A DNA stretch of 64,000 nucleotides from an uncultured Candidatus Binatia bacterium (lineage in GTDB: Bacteria; Desulfobacterota; Binatia; UBA9968; CAXXLF01). The DNA lies in contig OZ244621.1 in assembly GCA_965218425.1 (NCBI GenBank), forward strand, positions 768,001 through 832,000, given 5' to 3'. Position numbers and translations under genes: made by a program. A model generated the notes under the pieces. It ran no database searches and had not been told where the DNA came from. It worked only from the letters and a program-made list of their open reading frames with translations. This document shows positions 9,815 through 21,100 of the stretch, one piece after another. Within the stretch, counting starts at the first letter, position 1. Each line of letters begins with the position of its first letter.

Positions 9815-11248
9815 TTAAATATGAGGGCTCCCCTTTGCACGGTGCCGCGGTGGAGGAGAGCCCTCGGGCAGGAAGTCTTCTAAACGAACCGCATCGCCTC
9901 CCATGGGACTCAATCGTTCGAATTCGAATCGCCTGGACGGATCACACTCTGGAGGCTTGGTGGCATCGATCATGAGCTTTCCCCCCACCCGGTGCCAACC
10001 AGGAGTGCCCGGGGTACCCGCCTGACGGCAGGAAGGATCCATGGCGTGGACCTTCGTGCCGGATACAACCGTGATATCCTCCTCCGGGTTCACTCGCGTG
10101 GACATGGCCCATAACACGTCGGCATAATTGAATATGTCCACATCCGGATCAACGGCAATGACCACCTTGGGATGTTGATACTCTCCTGACAACGCGGCCA
10201 TGAGGACGTTTTTCGCTTCGCCGTAGTAACGTGGGTTCATCTGGATCACAACTCCAAAAATACCGGGTAGGACCAGTACGTTCTTGATATCAGCGTATCC
10301 GCCGACGGTACGGATGCGCCGCAGTATCTGGGCCGACATGGGGACCTTATGATAGACACAGCCTTCCACCTCAGCTCCGTTTTGGATGTTCTTGAAGATG
10401 GCATCGCCGCGCATGGTCACTGCGGTAACGTTCAAAACCGGGTTTTTTCCCGAACCGGCAAGGTAATAATCCTGGAACTCACTAAAGGGGCCTTCTTCCT
10501 CGCGTACGCTGGGTAAGACTTCTCCTTCAATGACGATCTCGGCGTGGGCCGGCACCTCGATGTCCACCGTCTCACACTTTACCAGCTCCACCTCTTCCTG
10601 AAGCAGGGAAGATGCGATCTCCAACTCGTCCTTTCCATAGTCCGTGGTGGTGGAGGCGGCGAAATAGTACATGGGGTGATGTCCCACAATGATAGCCACG
10701 GGCATAGGCTTGTCGCTCTGCTCATACTTTCTAAAATTCAGCCAATTGTGACGTGGATAGAAAAGCACCCCGGTCTTCCTGGGCCCCTTCATCTGGAGGC
10801 GGTGGAAGCTCATATTTCTATCCCCGGTGTCCGGGTTTTTTGCGATCATCAACCCGGAGGCAATAAACGGTCCACCGTCCCGCTCACCCGCCTGATGAAT
10901 CGGCATTTTCGTGATGTCCACGCCGTCACCGAGAAGCACTTTCTCTTTCACCGGTCCGCTCTTCACCATTCGTGTGGAACCTGGCTTGTCCACCCGTCGC
11001 ACAAACTCCGGCACCATTTCATTGCGCTCGCACTGAAATGCAATGGGAGCCAGTTCCACGTCGCCCGGTGCCTGACCCAGGCAGCGCCACCCAGGAAATC
11101 CCTGAAGGTTGTCGAACAGTAAGGCGCGGTCGCGCGACTGCCACAACAAAGCCCCCATCTGAGTCAATGGATCAACTGGCTTGCTGATCTGTGCCAACAA
11201 GCCGGCATCCTTCAACTGATTAATCCATAGCCGCATGTCCTTGGCCAT
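9815..11248 (-). CDS. UbiD-family (de)carboxylase #1
   Basis: DGGPFI, FHRLQ, EEGPFSE, VDPDVDI and IDATKP motifs. Confidence 0.92.
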   Translation of the reverse strand: MAKDMRLWINQLKDAGLLAQISKPVDPLTQMGALLWQSRDRALLFDNLQGFPGWRCLGQAPGDVELAPIAFQCERNEMVPEFVRRVDKPGSTRMVKSGPVKEKVLLGDGVDITKMPIHQAGERDGGPFIASGLMIAKNPDTGDRNMSFHRLQMKGPRKTGVLFYPRHNWLNFRKYEQSDKPMPVAIIVGHHPMYYFAASTTTDYGKDELEIASSLLQEEVELVKCETVDIEVPAHAEIVIEGEVLPSVREEEGPFSEFQDYYLAGSGKNPVLNVTAVTMRGDAIFKNIQNGAEVEGCVYHKVPMSAQILRRIRTVGGYADIKNVLVLPGIFGVVIQMNPRYYGEAKNVLMAALSGEYQHPKVVIAVDPDVDIFNYADVLWAMSTRVNPEEDITVVSGTKVHAMDPSCRQAGTPGTPGWHRVGGKLMIDATKPPECDPSRRFEFERLSPMGGDAVRLEDFLPEGSPPPRHRAKGSPHI

Positions 11249-11386
11249 TGAATCTCCTTACCGCGCCTCGGGGATGAATTGAGTGACCTGGGCTACCTCA
11301 AGAACTTACTCCTGAGGTGTGTGGTTCGTAGGTTCCTATCCTGCGGGGTCTAGATATGGACCTGCTGACTGCGGGTTCCTGGAATT

Positions 11387-12001
11387 TCAAGATTTGAACC
11401 CACTCATATAGGGAAGCCTTGACGCCGCGTCTTTCACGCTGGTGAGATTGGCACGCAAAACGGCGGTGGAATCCCAGGCCCCGGTAACCAGCGCGTTGTG
11501 ATGGCTTTGCGGCAGGTCAAATCGAATTTGCCCTCCCTGGTGAGAAATCGTTTTTGTTGTCAGGTCCACGGTGTACGAAGTGTAGGGTACGGATTGCACT
11601 GACTTCATCAACGATTCTATATCCCCGGCTGAAACGATTACGGCCGGAATCCCTAGCATAACGCAATTGCCTGCGAAAATCGCCGCAAATGACTCACCAA
11701 CGATGGCATGAATGCCGAAACGAAGAATCGCCTGGGGTGCATGCTCCCTCGATGAGCCACAACCAAAGTTTTTGTTCACAAAAAGGATGGAAGCCCCTTT
11801 ATACTTCGGATCATTGAAGGGGTGAGGCTTGGGTTTTCCCTCTGCATCGAAGCGCTCATCGAAGAACGGAAAATCTCCCATCCTGGAGAAGGTCACCTCT
11901 TTTAAGTAACGGGCCGGAATGATGCGGTCCGTGTCGATGTCATTGCCTCGAACCGGGACAGCGGTCCCTACCACCTGAGTGATCTTTGTAATGGTACTCA
12001 T
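11387..12001 (-). CDS. leuD: 3-isopropylmalate dehydratase small subunit
   Basis: NDIDTDRIIPARYL and NFGCGSSREHAPQA motifs. Confidence 0.95.
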   Translation of the reverse strand: MSTITKITQVVGTAVPVRGNDIDTDRIIPARYLKEVTFSRMGDFPFFDERFDAEGKPKPHPFNDPKYKGASILFVNKNFGCGSSREHAPQAILRFGIHAIVGESFAAIFAGNCVMLGIPAVIVSAGDIESLMKSVQSVPYTSYTVDLTTKTISHQGGQIRFDLPQSHHNALVTGAWDSTAVLRANLTSVKDAASRLPYMSGFKS

Positions 12002-12011
12002 ACTTTCCCTT

Positions 12012-13409
12012 TCAACGGGATTGGCGCACATCCACGACTTTGCCGTTTATAGCGGCGCTAGCCACCATGGCCGGGCTCATGAGCATGGTCCGGCCTGCGG
12101 GGCTTCCCTGTCGGCCGATAAAATTCCTGTTGGACGTGGAGGCACAAATCTCGTCCCCCCTCAATTTGTCCGGGTTCATGGCTAGACACATGGAACAGCC
12201 CGCATCCCGCCATTCAAAACCCGCATCGGTGAAAATTTTGTCCAGAGACTCCTTTTCCGCCAGGGCTTTTACCTCTGCGGACCCCGGTACCACCAACGCC
12301 CTGACACCGGCGTTGACTCTTTTGCCTTCGGCAATCTTGGCAGCTTCGCGCAAATCGCTGAGGCGTCCGTTGGTGCAAGAGCCTATAAATGCCACATTAA
12401 TGGGTGTACCGAGTATTGGATTGCCAGGCTGCCAGCCCATGTGGGTGTAGGCCCGCTTTGCCCCCTCTGGGTCGCCCGATTCCTCCGGTTGCGGCAGCTT
12501 CTCCAAAACCCCCACGGCTTGGCCAGGGTTGATCCCCCAGGTTACCGTGGGCTCGATCTCGGCACCGTCCATGTTCACCACATCATCGTAGTGGGCATCC
12601 GCATCGGACCCCACGGACTTCCAGTAGGCCACGGCTCTGTCAAAATCATTACCCTTGGGGACGAACTCCCTCCCCTTTAGATATTCAAAAGTCGTTGAAT
12701 CAGGGTTGATATAACCGATCAACGCGCCTCCCTCGATGCTCATGTTGCAAACGGTCATTCGCTCTTCCATGCTCATCCGTTCAATAACCGATCCTCCATA
12801 CTCGTAGACAAATCCCTTTCCTCCGCCTACCCCAAGATTACGAATAATGGAAAGGATCACATCTTTCGGATAAACACCGTCGCCCAGACTGCCGTTGACG
12901 TTGATTCTTCGAACCTTGAGCTTATCCAACGCCAAAGTCTGGGTGGCCAGCACGTCCCGAACCTGGCTGGTTCCGATACCGAAGGCCAGGGTGCCGAAGG
13001 CCGCATGCGTGCTCGTATGACTATCCCCGCACGCGAGGGTCATACCCGGTTGAGTGAGCCCCAACTGGGGCCCAATCACGTGAACGATCCCCTGGCGCTC
13101 ACTATCAAGACCGAAGAACTCGACACCAAACTCCCGAATATTTTTTTCCAGGGCTTGCATCAACTCCTCAGCCTGCGAATCGAGAAAGGGTCGGGACCTC
13201 AGGTCCGTGGGCACGATGTGATCCACTGTGGCGAAGGTCCGTTGCGGGAACGCGATATCCATTCCCTGTTCCCGTAGCATGTCAAAGGCAGGGGCTGTGG
13301 TCACTTCGTGAATCAAATGCAACCCGATAAAAAGTTGCGTCTGACCGGTTGGAAGCTCGCACACTGCGTGGGAGCTCCAAATCTTGTCGTATAGGGTTTT
13401 TCCAGCCAC
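12012..13409 (-). CDS. leuC: 3-isopropylmalate dehydratase large subunit
   Basis: [29 protein letters not shown] and [11 protein letters not shown] motifs. Confidence 0.96.
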   Translation of the reverse strand: MAGKTLYDKIWSSHAVCELPTGQTQLFIGLHLIHEVTTAPAFDMLREQGMDIAFPQRTFATVDHIVPTDLRSRPFLDSQAEELMQALEKNIREFGVEFFGLDSERQGIVHVIGPQLGLTQPGMTLACGDSHTSTHAAFGTLAFGIGTSQVRDVLATQTLALDKLKVRRINVNGSLGDGVYPKDVILSIIRNLGVGGGKGFVYEYGGSVIERMSMEERMTVCNMSIEGGALIGYINPDSTTFEYLKGREFVPKGNDFDRAVAYWKSVGSDADAHYDDVVNMDGAEIEPTVTWGINPGQAVGVLEKLPQPEESGDPEGAKRAYTHMGWQPGNPILGTPINVAFIGSCTNGRLSDLREAAKIAEGKRVNAGVRALVVPGSAEVKALAEKESLDKIFTDAGFEWRDAGCSMCLAMNPDKLRGDEICASTSNRNFIGRQGSPAGRTMLMSPAMVASAAINGKVVDVRQSR

Positions 13410-13608
13410 TTTCTTGATCTCCTTCGGCTGAATCCTAGCTTCCTACGCCTCTGAGTTCAAGTGTCCAGTGATTTTAAGGAGAGAAGCACATTCCCAAAGC
13501 CCTCCGGGTGAACTTTTTTGCTCAACCCACAGTGGATTTTGGGCTGAAGATAGATTTCCACCTTAAATAGATTGCGCATTGAGTCCATGGGACTCTGGCA
13601 ATGCCCAT

Positions 13609-13623
13609 TGGCATCCACCTTGC
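13609..13623 (+). promoter_or_regulatory. Putative sigma54 (-24/-12) promoter
   Basis: TGGCAT-CCACC-TTGC matches TGGCAC-N5-TTGC spacing, about 70 nt before ATG 13692. Confidence 0.5.
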
Positions 13624-13691
13624 CTATTAACCCAATGCCTAACAGCCAAAATACACGCACCTTGTAGCGATAGGGCAACGGGAGGCTAACT

Positions 13692-14095
13692 ATGCGAAAA
13701 ACGTTACTATGGATCATCCTGTTGGGGTTTGTGGCAGCACGTGATGTTTGCGTACAACCTTTCCGTAGGAGCGGGCTTCCCCCTGGACACGGAGGTGTTC
13801 CACCAGGGTTGGCAAAGAAAATGGGACATCCGTCTGTTTATGTTAAAGGGCGGCCCGGGTTTATACGATTGCCGGGCACAAATGTCAGGGTAATGGTTGG
13901 AGTGGATGCCTACACCTTTCGAGTCAAAGGAGTCTACTACTACGCCTACCGCGGCCGCTGGTATATGTCACGTCATTATGGCGGCCCCTGCAACGCCATC
14001 TCTTCCAGGAATCTGCCACGTGGTCTTCGCGGTAAGTCGCCAAGAAAAGAAAGAAACATAAATCTCATCGGGGTAAGAAGCACCACGACGATTAA
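13692..14095 (+). pseudogene. Small secreted protein with PPGLAKK motif, apparently frameshifted near 14041
   Basis: Strong RBS GGAGG, signal peptide, GLPPGHGGVPPGLAKK. A natural-looking tail KKHKSHRGKKHHDD* (stop 14093-14095) is in another frame. Confidence 0.5.
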
Positions 14096-14105
14096 GGGCG
14101 GTCCA

Positions 14106-15284
14106 CTAGATCGTTGAAGTGTACTCCTTCGTGAGCTTTCTCAACTCCGACTCACGAAGCTCATCCACTGATTCTTTATTGACTCCATCGGTGCCCCGGG
14201 CCTGCTCACAGTATCGACGCCAGGCCAGGATCGACAAATCCGGCCTAAAGAGCCTCTCGGGGGGTGCATCCATGGCGCTGATCATCACGCTGTCCTGCCG
14301 CGTGAATAGGGTTTGATTGATCCACCTTATATACAACCAGTAACGAATTTTATAGGCCAACCTGCTGGCCGCGCCGCCAAATTTCACTCCCAGCTGTACA
14401 TATCGATGGTGATCAGCATCGCTTGCAATGAACCACGAATAGATGGTCCACTTCGGTTGATTCACCCGCAGTGTGCATGGAAGGCGAATTGAGATCTTTA
14501 CGGCCGCACCCCTGGCCTTTTTCCACCATCTCCTGGGAGGAGGCCACTTCCCCAAGCCGGGGTACTCGGATTCGCGATGGACCTCATCCGCTACATAGGT
14601 TAGCCATTGCCCATCTTCAATGGATTCCACGTGTGTTTTGGTCCAAGACGGAAGATAATTAAAAAAACGCCATAAGGAGTTACGATGAAGATACCTTGCA
14701 TGGGCTTCGTCAAATCCGTTCTCTGCCCCATAGCGCCAGTTACCATGCCTGACACGAATCTTCGCGCCAATGGCCGCCTTGTTCGCCAATAATTCAGCAG
14801 GAATATCGACTTCAACGGGCGGGGGTGCCGCCTTGCCAATGTAAACCCAAACCACACCCAGTCTCTCCTCAACGGGATAGGTCTTCACCTGAACCTTGCC
14901 ACAGATGGGTGAATTCGGGCCATCCGTCAATGCCGCAACCAGGTTTCCCGTTTTAAGATCGTAGGTCCAGCCGTGATAGCCGCAACTGATGGTGCCGGGA
15001 AAATGTTGTCGGGAGAATGTGGGTTGTCCGATGCAGCCGCTTCCTAGAGAGAGGGGAACACCTCTGTGAAGACAACGGTCATGAAGGGCATAGGCATTTC
15101 CCCCATCCCTAATAAACATGATCCGCTCGCCTAGAAGGACCACCGAGATCGGCCGACGCCGTAACTTGCTCGACAACATTACCGGATACCAGTAATTGCG
15201 AAATCCCTCCACGGCAGCATTATACCGTGGCCAGGTTCTCCAATCCTGCTTTCCCGCAGTAGGGTTAATTGCCCGGTCACTCAT
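14106..15284 (-). CDS. Rieske non-heme iron oxygenase alpha subunit (CarAa/OxoO-like)
   Basis: CLHRG...CGYHGW Rieske motif and NWRYGAENGFDEAHARYLH mononuclear Fe motif. Confidence 0.9.
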   Translation of the reverse strand: MSDRAINPTAGKQDWRTWPRYNAAVEGFRNYWYPVMLSSKLRRRPISVVLLGERIMFIRDGGNAYALHDRCLHRGVPLSLGSGCIGQPTFSRQHFPGTISCGYHGWTYDLKTGNLVAALTDGPNSPICGKVQVKTYPVEERLGVVWVYIGKAAPPPVEVDIPAELLANKAAIGAKIRVRHGNWRYGAENGFDEAHARYLHRNSLWRFFNYLPSWTKTHVESIEDGQWLTYVADEVHRESEYPGLGKWPPPRRWWKKARGAAVKISIRLPCTLRVNQPKWTIYSWFIASDADHHRYVQLGVKFGGAASRLAYKIRYWLYIRWINQTLFTRQDSVMISAMDAPPERLFRPDLSILAWRRYCEQARGTDGVNKESVDELRESELRKLTKEYTSTI

Positions 15285-15511
15285 CCGGTTGATCCTACCC
15301 CCAATAACTGTGAAAGGCACTATATCAAGGCTAAAAATTTCCGTCAAACCAAGCACTTTGCCCTCATGGGTGGGGACAGGCGGAGGACTTAAGTTTAATA
15401 AGATGCCGACGGGGTCACCGGCAAAATCCCTAAAGACAGCCCATTGAGCCCCTAGGGATTCAGGTCAGTTGGCCAGCATTGCAATATGGAGTGGTGTTAC
15501 CGTGAGAGGAT

Positions 15512-15960
15512 CTAGCCCACCGAGTGGAGTCGTCGCATAGCCCGATTCTCAGTGGTCCCTTTGGCCTTCTCGTTTCCTTGGACGGATCTTAACTCGAATA
15601 GAAGTTGAACCATCTTAAAGAGATCTTCTTTCACCACCGGCCTATGTAACAGGAGATCTGCTCCTGCGGACATGCCCGTGGACGTTCCAGGGAAAGGGGA
15701 CCTGACATCAGCAGTATGATGGGCAATTCCCGATTTGTATCGGAGGCTCTGATTGCCCGGCACAGGTCAAACCCATCCATTTTCCCCTCGGACAGACATC
15801 GATAATGAGAAGGCCCACGGATTGCTCATCCAGGATGCTCAGGGCAGCCTCTGCATCGGGGACAGAGCGCGGCTCGATATGTTGAGCGTAACGCTCCAAT
15901 GACTTGCCATGGATTTCGCGCGGTTTAAATACCCCTCTACCACGAGAATTCGTGGGTCTT
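15512..15960 (-). pseudogene. CheY-like response regulator remnant
   Basis: RILVVE, GLLIIDV, MDGFDLCRAIR and AGADLLLHRPV segments are spread over several frames. Confidence 0.7.
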
Positions 15961-16285
15961 GACTCCTTTCCCCTTGTTTCATTTCAAGCTCAAACTGTTC
16001 CGAATTTTACAGGTTTGTACAAAAAATTGCCCTTTGACTAGAAATAGAGTCCCTTTTACTATGCTCTTTTCGGTGCCTCTGGTTGAAGAAGTAGAATTGG
16101 TAACTTCCGTGCCAAACTGCTCCAATTCCTCCCGTGCCACGTGGCCCCACACAGAGCCGCTGGCCTGAGGCCGTTGCAGGGATCATGATTAACTTTGTTC
16201 GTAGTGTATGACTACCCTGGAGCGAGGAGCCGATTTGGCGTCCCGAAACGCATCGCCGAATGTGGAACGTCACGGACGTTTGACC

Positions 16286-17500
16286 TTACCAGTTCCCCCT
16301 TTTTCGGGAACCCTTGGTCAGGGTTTCAGGGCCAAACATCCAAGTAAGCGCGGCGCTGACGGCCAGCAACCCTGAAGCTATCATGAAGGTCTTGGGCATC
16401 CCCATGGATCCGGCAAGGAGACCCAACACGAGGGGAGCCAAAACTGAGCTGAAATGGTTAAACGCGGACCATATGCCGAGAAAGGCTCCCCTTCTACTCT
16501 CGGGGGCTAGATCCATGGCGTATACCTGTGACGTCCCCGTGGTCATCCCCGAGCCGACACCGTATATAGCAACCATGAGGTATATTCCACGAGGGTCCAT
16601 GCTTTGAGCCAGGAGATACCCCGATAACCCGAGCACCAGGAGACCGGGAACCAACGTTTTCCGTCGACCGTAACGGTCCACCAGCATTCCATTAGGATAT
16701 GAAACCAGAAATATCACAATACTTGCGAGGGTGATCATATAACCGATATCGGCGGCATCGAAATTAACAACCTCCTGGACATATAAAGGAAACAACGCCG
16801 AAAAAACCCCTTGAGTCATCATGCCCAGGGCAAAGGTAGCAAAGGAAATGACCAAGAAACCTCTGGTCAAAAATATGGATGCGCCTAACTTCTCAACGGG
16901 ACGGCGGGACTCACCTTTTGTCCGCTGTGCCGCCTCCGGCCGTGTCTCCTTGATAAGGAAAAGAGTAATCACGAGTACCGCTAGCTTGGTGACAACGTTG
17001 AATAGAAATATGGACCTAATGCTAAAGGCTGTGGTGAGAAGGGCACCGATGAACGGCCCTGCTATATTCCCCAACCTCACCGACATACTTCTGACGGCAA
17101 CGGCCCGCCCTCGATTTTCCACCTCGGTAACATCAGCGATCAGCACCTGGGAACCTGTATTCCAAGTGGAGACGCCAAAGCCGCCAATGAATTCCCAGAG
17201 CAAAAACTCCACGTAGCTCGTGGCAAAATACTCCCCCAAGGCAGTGATGGTTCTGAGGGCAACTCCCGCGAGGAGCAATGGCTTCCGTCCCCACCTGTCC
17301 GCCAAGAATCCGGTAACGGGCCCCGATATGAGCCGGGCAAGGGCATTGCTCGCGAAGACGAATGTGACCAGAAATACCGGGACCCCAAAAGAAGCGGCAA
17401 AGAGAGGTCTCGCGAGATGCATCGCGCCCATTCCCACGCTCCAGAAGAAAAAAGTGGCAAAGAGCGGGAATCCTTGGCGACTCAATACGTTAAACTGCAA
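16286..17500 (-). CDS. MFS transporter
   Basis: GFLADRWGRK and GMLVDRYGRR loop motifs; about 12 hydrophobic segments. Confidence 0.92.
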   Translation of the reverse strand: MQFNVLSRQGFPLFATFFFWSVGMGAMHLARPLFAASFGVPVFLVTFVFASNALARLISGPVTGFLADRWGRKPLLLAGVALRTITALGEYFATSYVEFLLWEFIGGFGVSTWNTGSQVLIADVTEVENRGRAVAVRSMSVRLGNIAGPFIGALLTTAFSIRSIFLFNVVTKLAVLVITLFLIKETRPEAAQRTKGESRRPVEKLGASIFLTRGFLVISFATFALGMMTQGVFSALFPLYVQEVVNFDAADIGYMITLASIVIFLVSYPNGMLVDRYGRRKTLVPGLLVLGLSGYLLAQSMDPRGIYLMVAIYGVGSGMTTGTSQVYAMDLAPESRRGAFLGIWSAFNHFSSVLAPLVLGLLAGSMGMPKTFMIASGLLAVSAALTWMFGPETLTKGSRKRGNW

Positions 17501-18229
17501 TAATCCTCCCCGGTGGGAAGCGAGACTGACTCCACTATTCCCCTCATCCGGTTATCAATGTTTCGTTTGCACTTGTTTCTCGAGACCTGGCCCGTCGCTT
17601 TGCATTCAATGATTGTATGGGGGTGCTCAATGCTCGGCACTGGCGGTGGGAGCCTGATGCTTGCCTTCCATAACCGTCATGCCGGACGGTTGTCAAGGCA
17701 CAAAGAGTTTTTAGCCACAGATGAACGAGGACGCGCACCGAAGTCAAGGCGCTTTTGAATAGTATCGAATAGCTAGTGCTGAGAACCGAGTAGGAGGGGG
17801 GTCGAGCGTAGGAAAGAAAGTATTAGGTGAAAAACGCTGTCAGCGATCAACCTTCAGTTCTGAAACCTCTTGCAGCTTACTGTCTTGTTAAATCTTGTAG
17901 TCTGTAGTCAGCGGTCCCGAATACACAAGGGCGCTATGCGCTGTGCTGTTAACAATCTGCGAAAATCGGCCGTTAATTGCTGGAGACTCCCTTGCGCTCT
18001 ACGATTATCTGTTCGCTGCCTGAGGAAACGTCCGGGGATGCGCTGCCTGGAGGACAGTTGCCACGCCCCTGCCATTTCTCGGCGTAGCGCTGGGTGCCGA
18101 CGCGAAGTGTGTGCAATACAAGCAACCAAACAATAAAAAAGATTTGCCCGATTGTTAGCGTCCCGTTTTTGTGACACCCTGTATCCTAAACCAAGAATAC
18201 CGGGCACGAGTTCCGACGGAGAGATTCAA

Positions 18230-18934
18230 TTGGAAAAACCATCCAAATACGTAAGGGAAGACAACCTCGAGCACAGTGCGCTGGCTGAAGAGATCGAGCG
18301 CAGGCATGATGCCATCACGACACCAAAACAGATTGTCCTAAAAGGTCATCCCCTGATCGTTGCCCCAGGCGTCTTCAATCCGGAGTTCTCCCTCATTGGA
18401 GATCTATTGGTGGAGGCGATGGATATCCAACCCCACGAGGTGGTCTTGGACCTGGGAACCGGCACCGGCTTCCAGGCAATCGTCGCCTCGGATCGAGCCC
18501 GCCGGGTGCTCGCCATTGACAAGCAACCTGTGGCTGTCCAGTGCGCTCGCGCCAATGTGGACCTCAACCACCTTGAGAAGAAAATTGAGGTTCGCCATGG
18601 GGATCTATTTTCCGCGGTGGCTCCCTCCGAGAATTTTGACCTCATTCTGTTCAATATCCCATTTCCCCCCTGGAAGCCCAAGACCCCATGGCAAGAGGCC
18701 AATTTTGACGAGGGGCACCAACTGCTCAGGAGATTCCTCAACGAGGCCAAACCTTATTTAAAGACCGCAGGTCGCATCGGCATGACTTGGTCTGACCTGG
18801 GGGATACGGCCTGTTTACATAACCTGTTAAAAGAGGAAGGGTATTCCCATCGAATCCCCATAGAACGTAGGGTCAAAACAGTGGGCCAGTACGTCTATGA
18901 GTTGGGACACCCCAACCCTACCAAAGATCTTTGA
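18230..18934 (+). CDS. Class I SAM-dependent methyltransferase (HemK/PrmC-like)
   Basis: VLDLGTGTG, GDLF and ILFNIPF (NPPY-like) motifs; start uncertain. Confidence 0.8.
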   Translation: MEKPSKYVREDNLEHSALAEEIERRHDAITTPKQIVLKGHPLIVAPGVFNPEFSLIGDLLVEAMDIQPHEVVLDLGTGTGFQAIVASDRARRVLAIDKQPVAVQCARANVDLNHLEKKIEVRHGDLFSAVAPSENFDLILFNIPFPPWKPKTPWQEANFDEGHQLLRRFLNEAKPYLKTAGRIGMTWSDLGDTACLHNLLKEEGYSHRIPIERRVKTVGQYVYELGHPNPTKDL

Positions 18935-19075
18935 AACGTTCAGTTGAATTCTGGATTACGGAATCTCGGAAAAGATCACTCGCGCAAAGACGCAAGGGTC
19001 GCCAAGTTCGGAGAAACAGGGAAACGTCTCATTGCGGTCTTGGCATCTTGGCGCAAAGATACGCCGGGCTTAAGA

Positions 19076-19783
19076 CTACGAGGGTTTTCCTTCCTCCTTG
19101 GCCGCACCACTGTCTCCCCTGGGCATATAGCCGATCTTATCAAATGGGTTGACCACGCTGGTGGCCACGTTGCGCAGGTGGGAATTGATGCGTTTCAGGT
19201 AACGGAAATACAATGCCAAGGAGGCCGCATCATTGCTGGAAACGTTGCTATCCGTTCCCTTGATATAATCGATGACCCGTTCATCACAGAGCCGATTCAC
19301 CCACTGGTATTCACCCAGCAGTTTTTCTGCCCCCCGAACATCGGTAGTCTCAAATATTTTCCGCACCTTTTTGAATGTATCCTCCACCGCTTTTTCAATC
19401 TTCTTCAAGTCCTTTTCAAACATTCCACCCTGCAACCTGGCCGGGTGATGCACGGCCATCTCCACGATATTTTTTGTATAGTCCCCCACCCTTTCAATGT
19501 CGATAATTATACTCACCAGCAATAAGCCTGAATACGAATCAGCGGCCCCTGCCACCGCCAGATGACTCAACACATTCCTGCGAACTTCCCTTTGGAATTT
19601 GTTCACCGCGATGTCCTGATCGTAGATGTTGATATCGAGCTGGCCCACGTCCGTATCCCGCAAAGTAGTCTTTGCCTCCAGAAACATTTCATAGGTAAGG
19701 TCCACCATTTCATAGGAGCGTTGGTAGGCCCTATCGAGGAGGGTGTCTTTTTTAAAGATGGCGAAGAGTTCTTTAAATATCAT
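19076..19783 (-). CDS. PhoU-domain protein
   Basis: DIERVGDYTKNI motif; downstream of the Na/Pi symporter gene. Confidence 0.85.
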   Translation of the reverse strand: MIFKELFAIFKKDTLLDRAYQRSYEMVDLTYEMFLEAKTTLRDTDVGQLDINIYDQDIAVNKFQREVRRNVLSHLAVAGAADSYSGLLLVSIIIDIERVGDYTKNIVEMAVHHPARLQGGMFEKDLKKIEKAVEDTFKKVRKIFETTDVRGAEKLLGEYQWVNRLCDERVIDYIKGTDSNVSSNDAASLALYFRYLKRINSHLRNVATSVVNPFDKIGYMPRGDSGAAKEEGKPS

Positions 19784-19791
19784 GGATCACC

Positions 19792-20880
19792 TCACCTGAA
19801 TAATAGGATGACACCTATGGGAATAAGGAAAAAGACCGTCATAATATAGCAAAAGGGCAGCCATTTACTCGTAATGGCCCAATCCGATACCCGTCTGGCC
19901 AACCACAGGGGTAGCCTTCGGAAGGGCCACCATATAACAATTCCGGTAATATTGAACAAGAGGTGCACAAAGGCAACCACCACCGCCTTGGGGTTTTCGG
20001 TGGCTAGAGAAGCCAGCATGGCCGTAAAAGTGGTGCCGATGTTGGCCCCCAGGGTGTAGGGAAATATCTGTTCGAGGCTCAGGATACCCGCTCCTGCCAT
20101 GGGCACGATCAGACTCGTGGTGATGGAACTGCTTTGGGCTAGAATCGTGAGCAGTAGCCCCACCACAAAGCCCCTCACAGCGGTTCTGAACAGAACCCTG
20201 TCAAACCACACCTCGGCTCTTTTCACCACAAGGACCCTGAGGACATGGACCAATTGATTCAAGGCCAGAAATAGAACAAGCACAGACAGGGCAAAGAGAA
20301 TCCAGGGGTAAGGTCCGATCCACTGGACCATCAGGGCGACCAATGGCTTTGTGGCAGTCTTAACCGGATTGAAGAGCTGCATCCCACCGGCGTGTTGGAA
20401 TTGGTCCGCCAGGAGGGAGGCGCCAATGCCTAAGAAATTGGTCATTATTTGTAGCGGGAATATGACCAGCACCGATAGCAGGTTAAAAAAGTCGTGCACC
20501 GTAGAAGCAGCAAAGGAACGACGAAACTCCTGAGAACGGTTGATGTACGCAATGGATACGAGCGTATTCGTTACTGAAGTACCGATATTGGCACCCATGA
20601 TGATGGGAATGGCGTTGGTAGCGGTGAGGACATCTCCACCCACCATGGCAACCACTATGGAAGTGGTGGTGGAAGAGCTCTGAATCAGAGACGTGGCAAG
20701 GATGCCGATGAATAAGCCCACCAATGGAACGGAGGTGCTGGCGATCATCGCTTCGGCAAACTCCTTACCGAACATTTTCAGGGACGTTCCCATCAGGTTG
20801 ACACTGAACAAAAACAGATACAGAAAAAATATTAGCAGTACGATACGGACAAGGGTGGAAGTAACGGCGTCACGATCCAT
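19792..20880 (-). CDS. Na/Pi cotransporter (NptA family)
   Basis: Repeated QSSS motif, GANIGT twice, ASTVHDFFN. Confidence 0.92.
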   Translation of the reverse strand: MDRDAVTSTLVRIVLLIFFLYLFLFSVNLMGTSLKMFGKEFAEAMIASTSVPLVGLFIGILATSLIQSSSTTTSIVVAMVGGDVLTATNAIPIIMGANIGTSVTNTLVSIAYINRSQEFRRSFAASTVHDFFNLLSVLVIFPLQIMTNFLGIGASLLADQFQHAGGMQLFNPVKTATKPLVALMVQWIGPYPWILFALSVLVLFLALNQLVHVLRVLVVKRAEVWFDRVLFRTAVRGFVVGLLLTILAQSSSITTSLIVPMAGAGILSLEQIFPYTLGANIGTTFTAMLASLATENPKAVVVAFVHLLFNITGIVIWWPFRRLPLWLARRVSDWAITSKWLPFCYIMTVFFLIPIGVILLFR

Positions 20881-21023
20881 TTTAGTTCTCAGGTTCTCCC
20901 TGGGGATTGTTCCCTTTCATAGCGCGCCGTGTCGTTGAGCTTCAACTCTTTGGTGGGATGGATTACCTACAGGTAACGGTTCAGTGAATCGCGCAGTAGC
21001 CGATGGTCTATCTCGAATGATCC

Positions 21024-21100
21024 TGGCGCGCCCGGAGGGACTTGAACCCCCGACCTACAGATTCGAAGTCTGCCGCTCTATCCAGCTGAGCTACGGGCGC
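21024..21100 (-). tRNA. tRNA-Arg (anticodon UCG)
   Basis: GCGCCCG acceptor stem, anticodon arm GCAGA-CT-TCG-AA-TCTGT, GGTTCAAGTCC T-arm, encoded CCA. Confidence 0.97.

Noticed and set aside
16100..16115. sigma54 promoter upstream of the response-regulator remnant
   Set aside because: TGGCAC-GGAAG-TTAC lacks the conserved -12 GC; at best degenerate.
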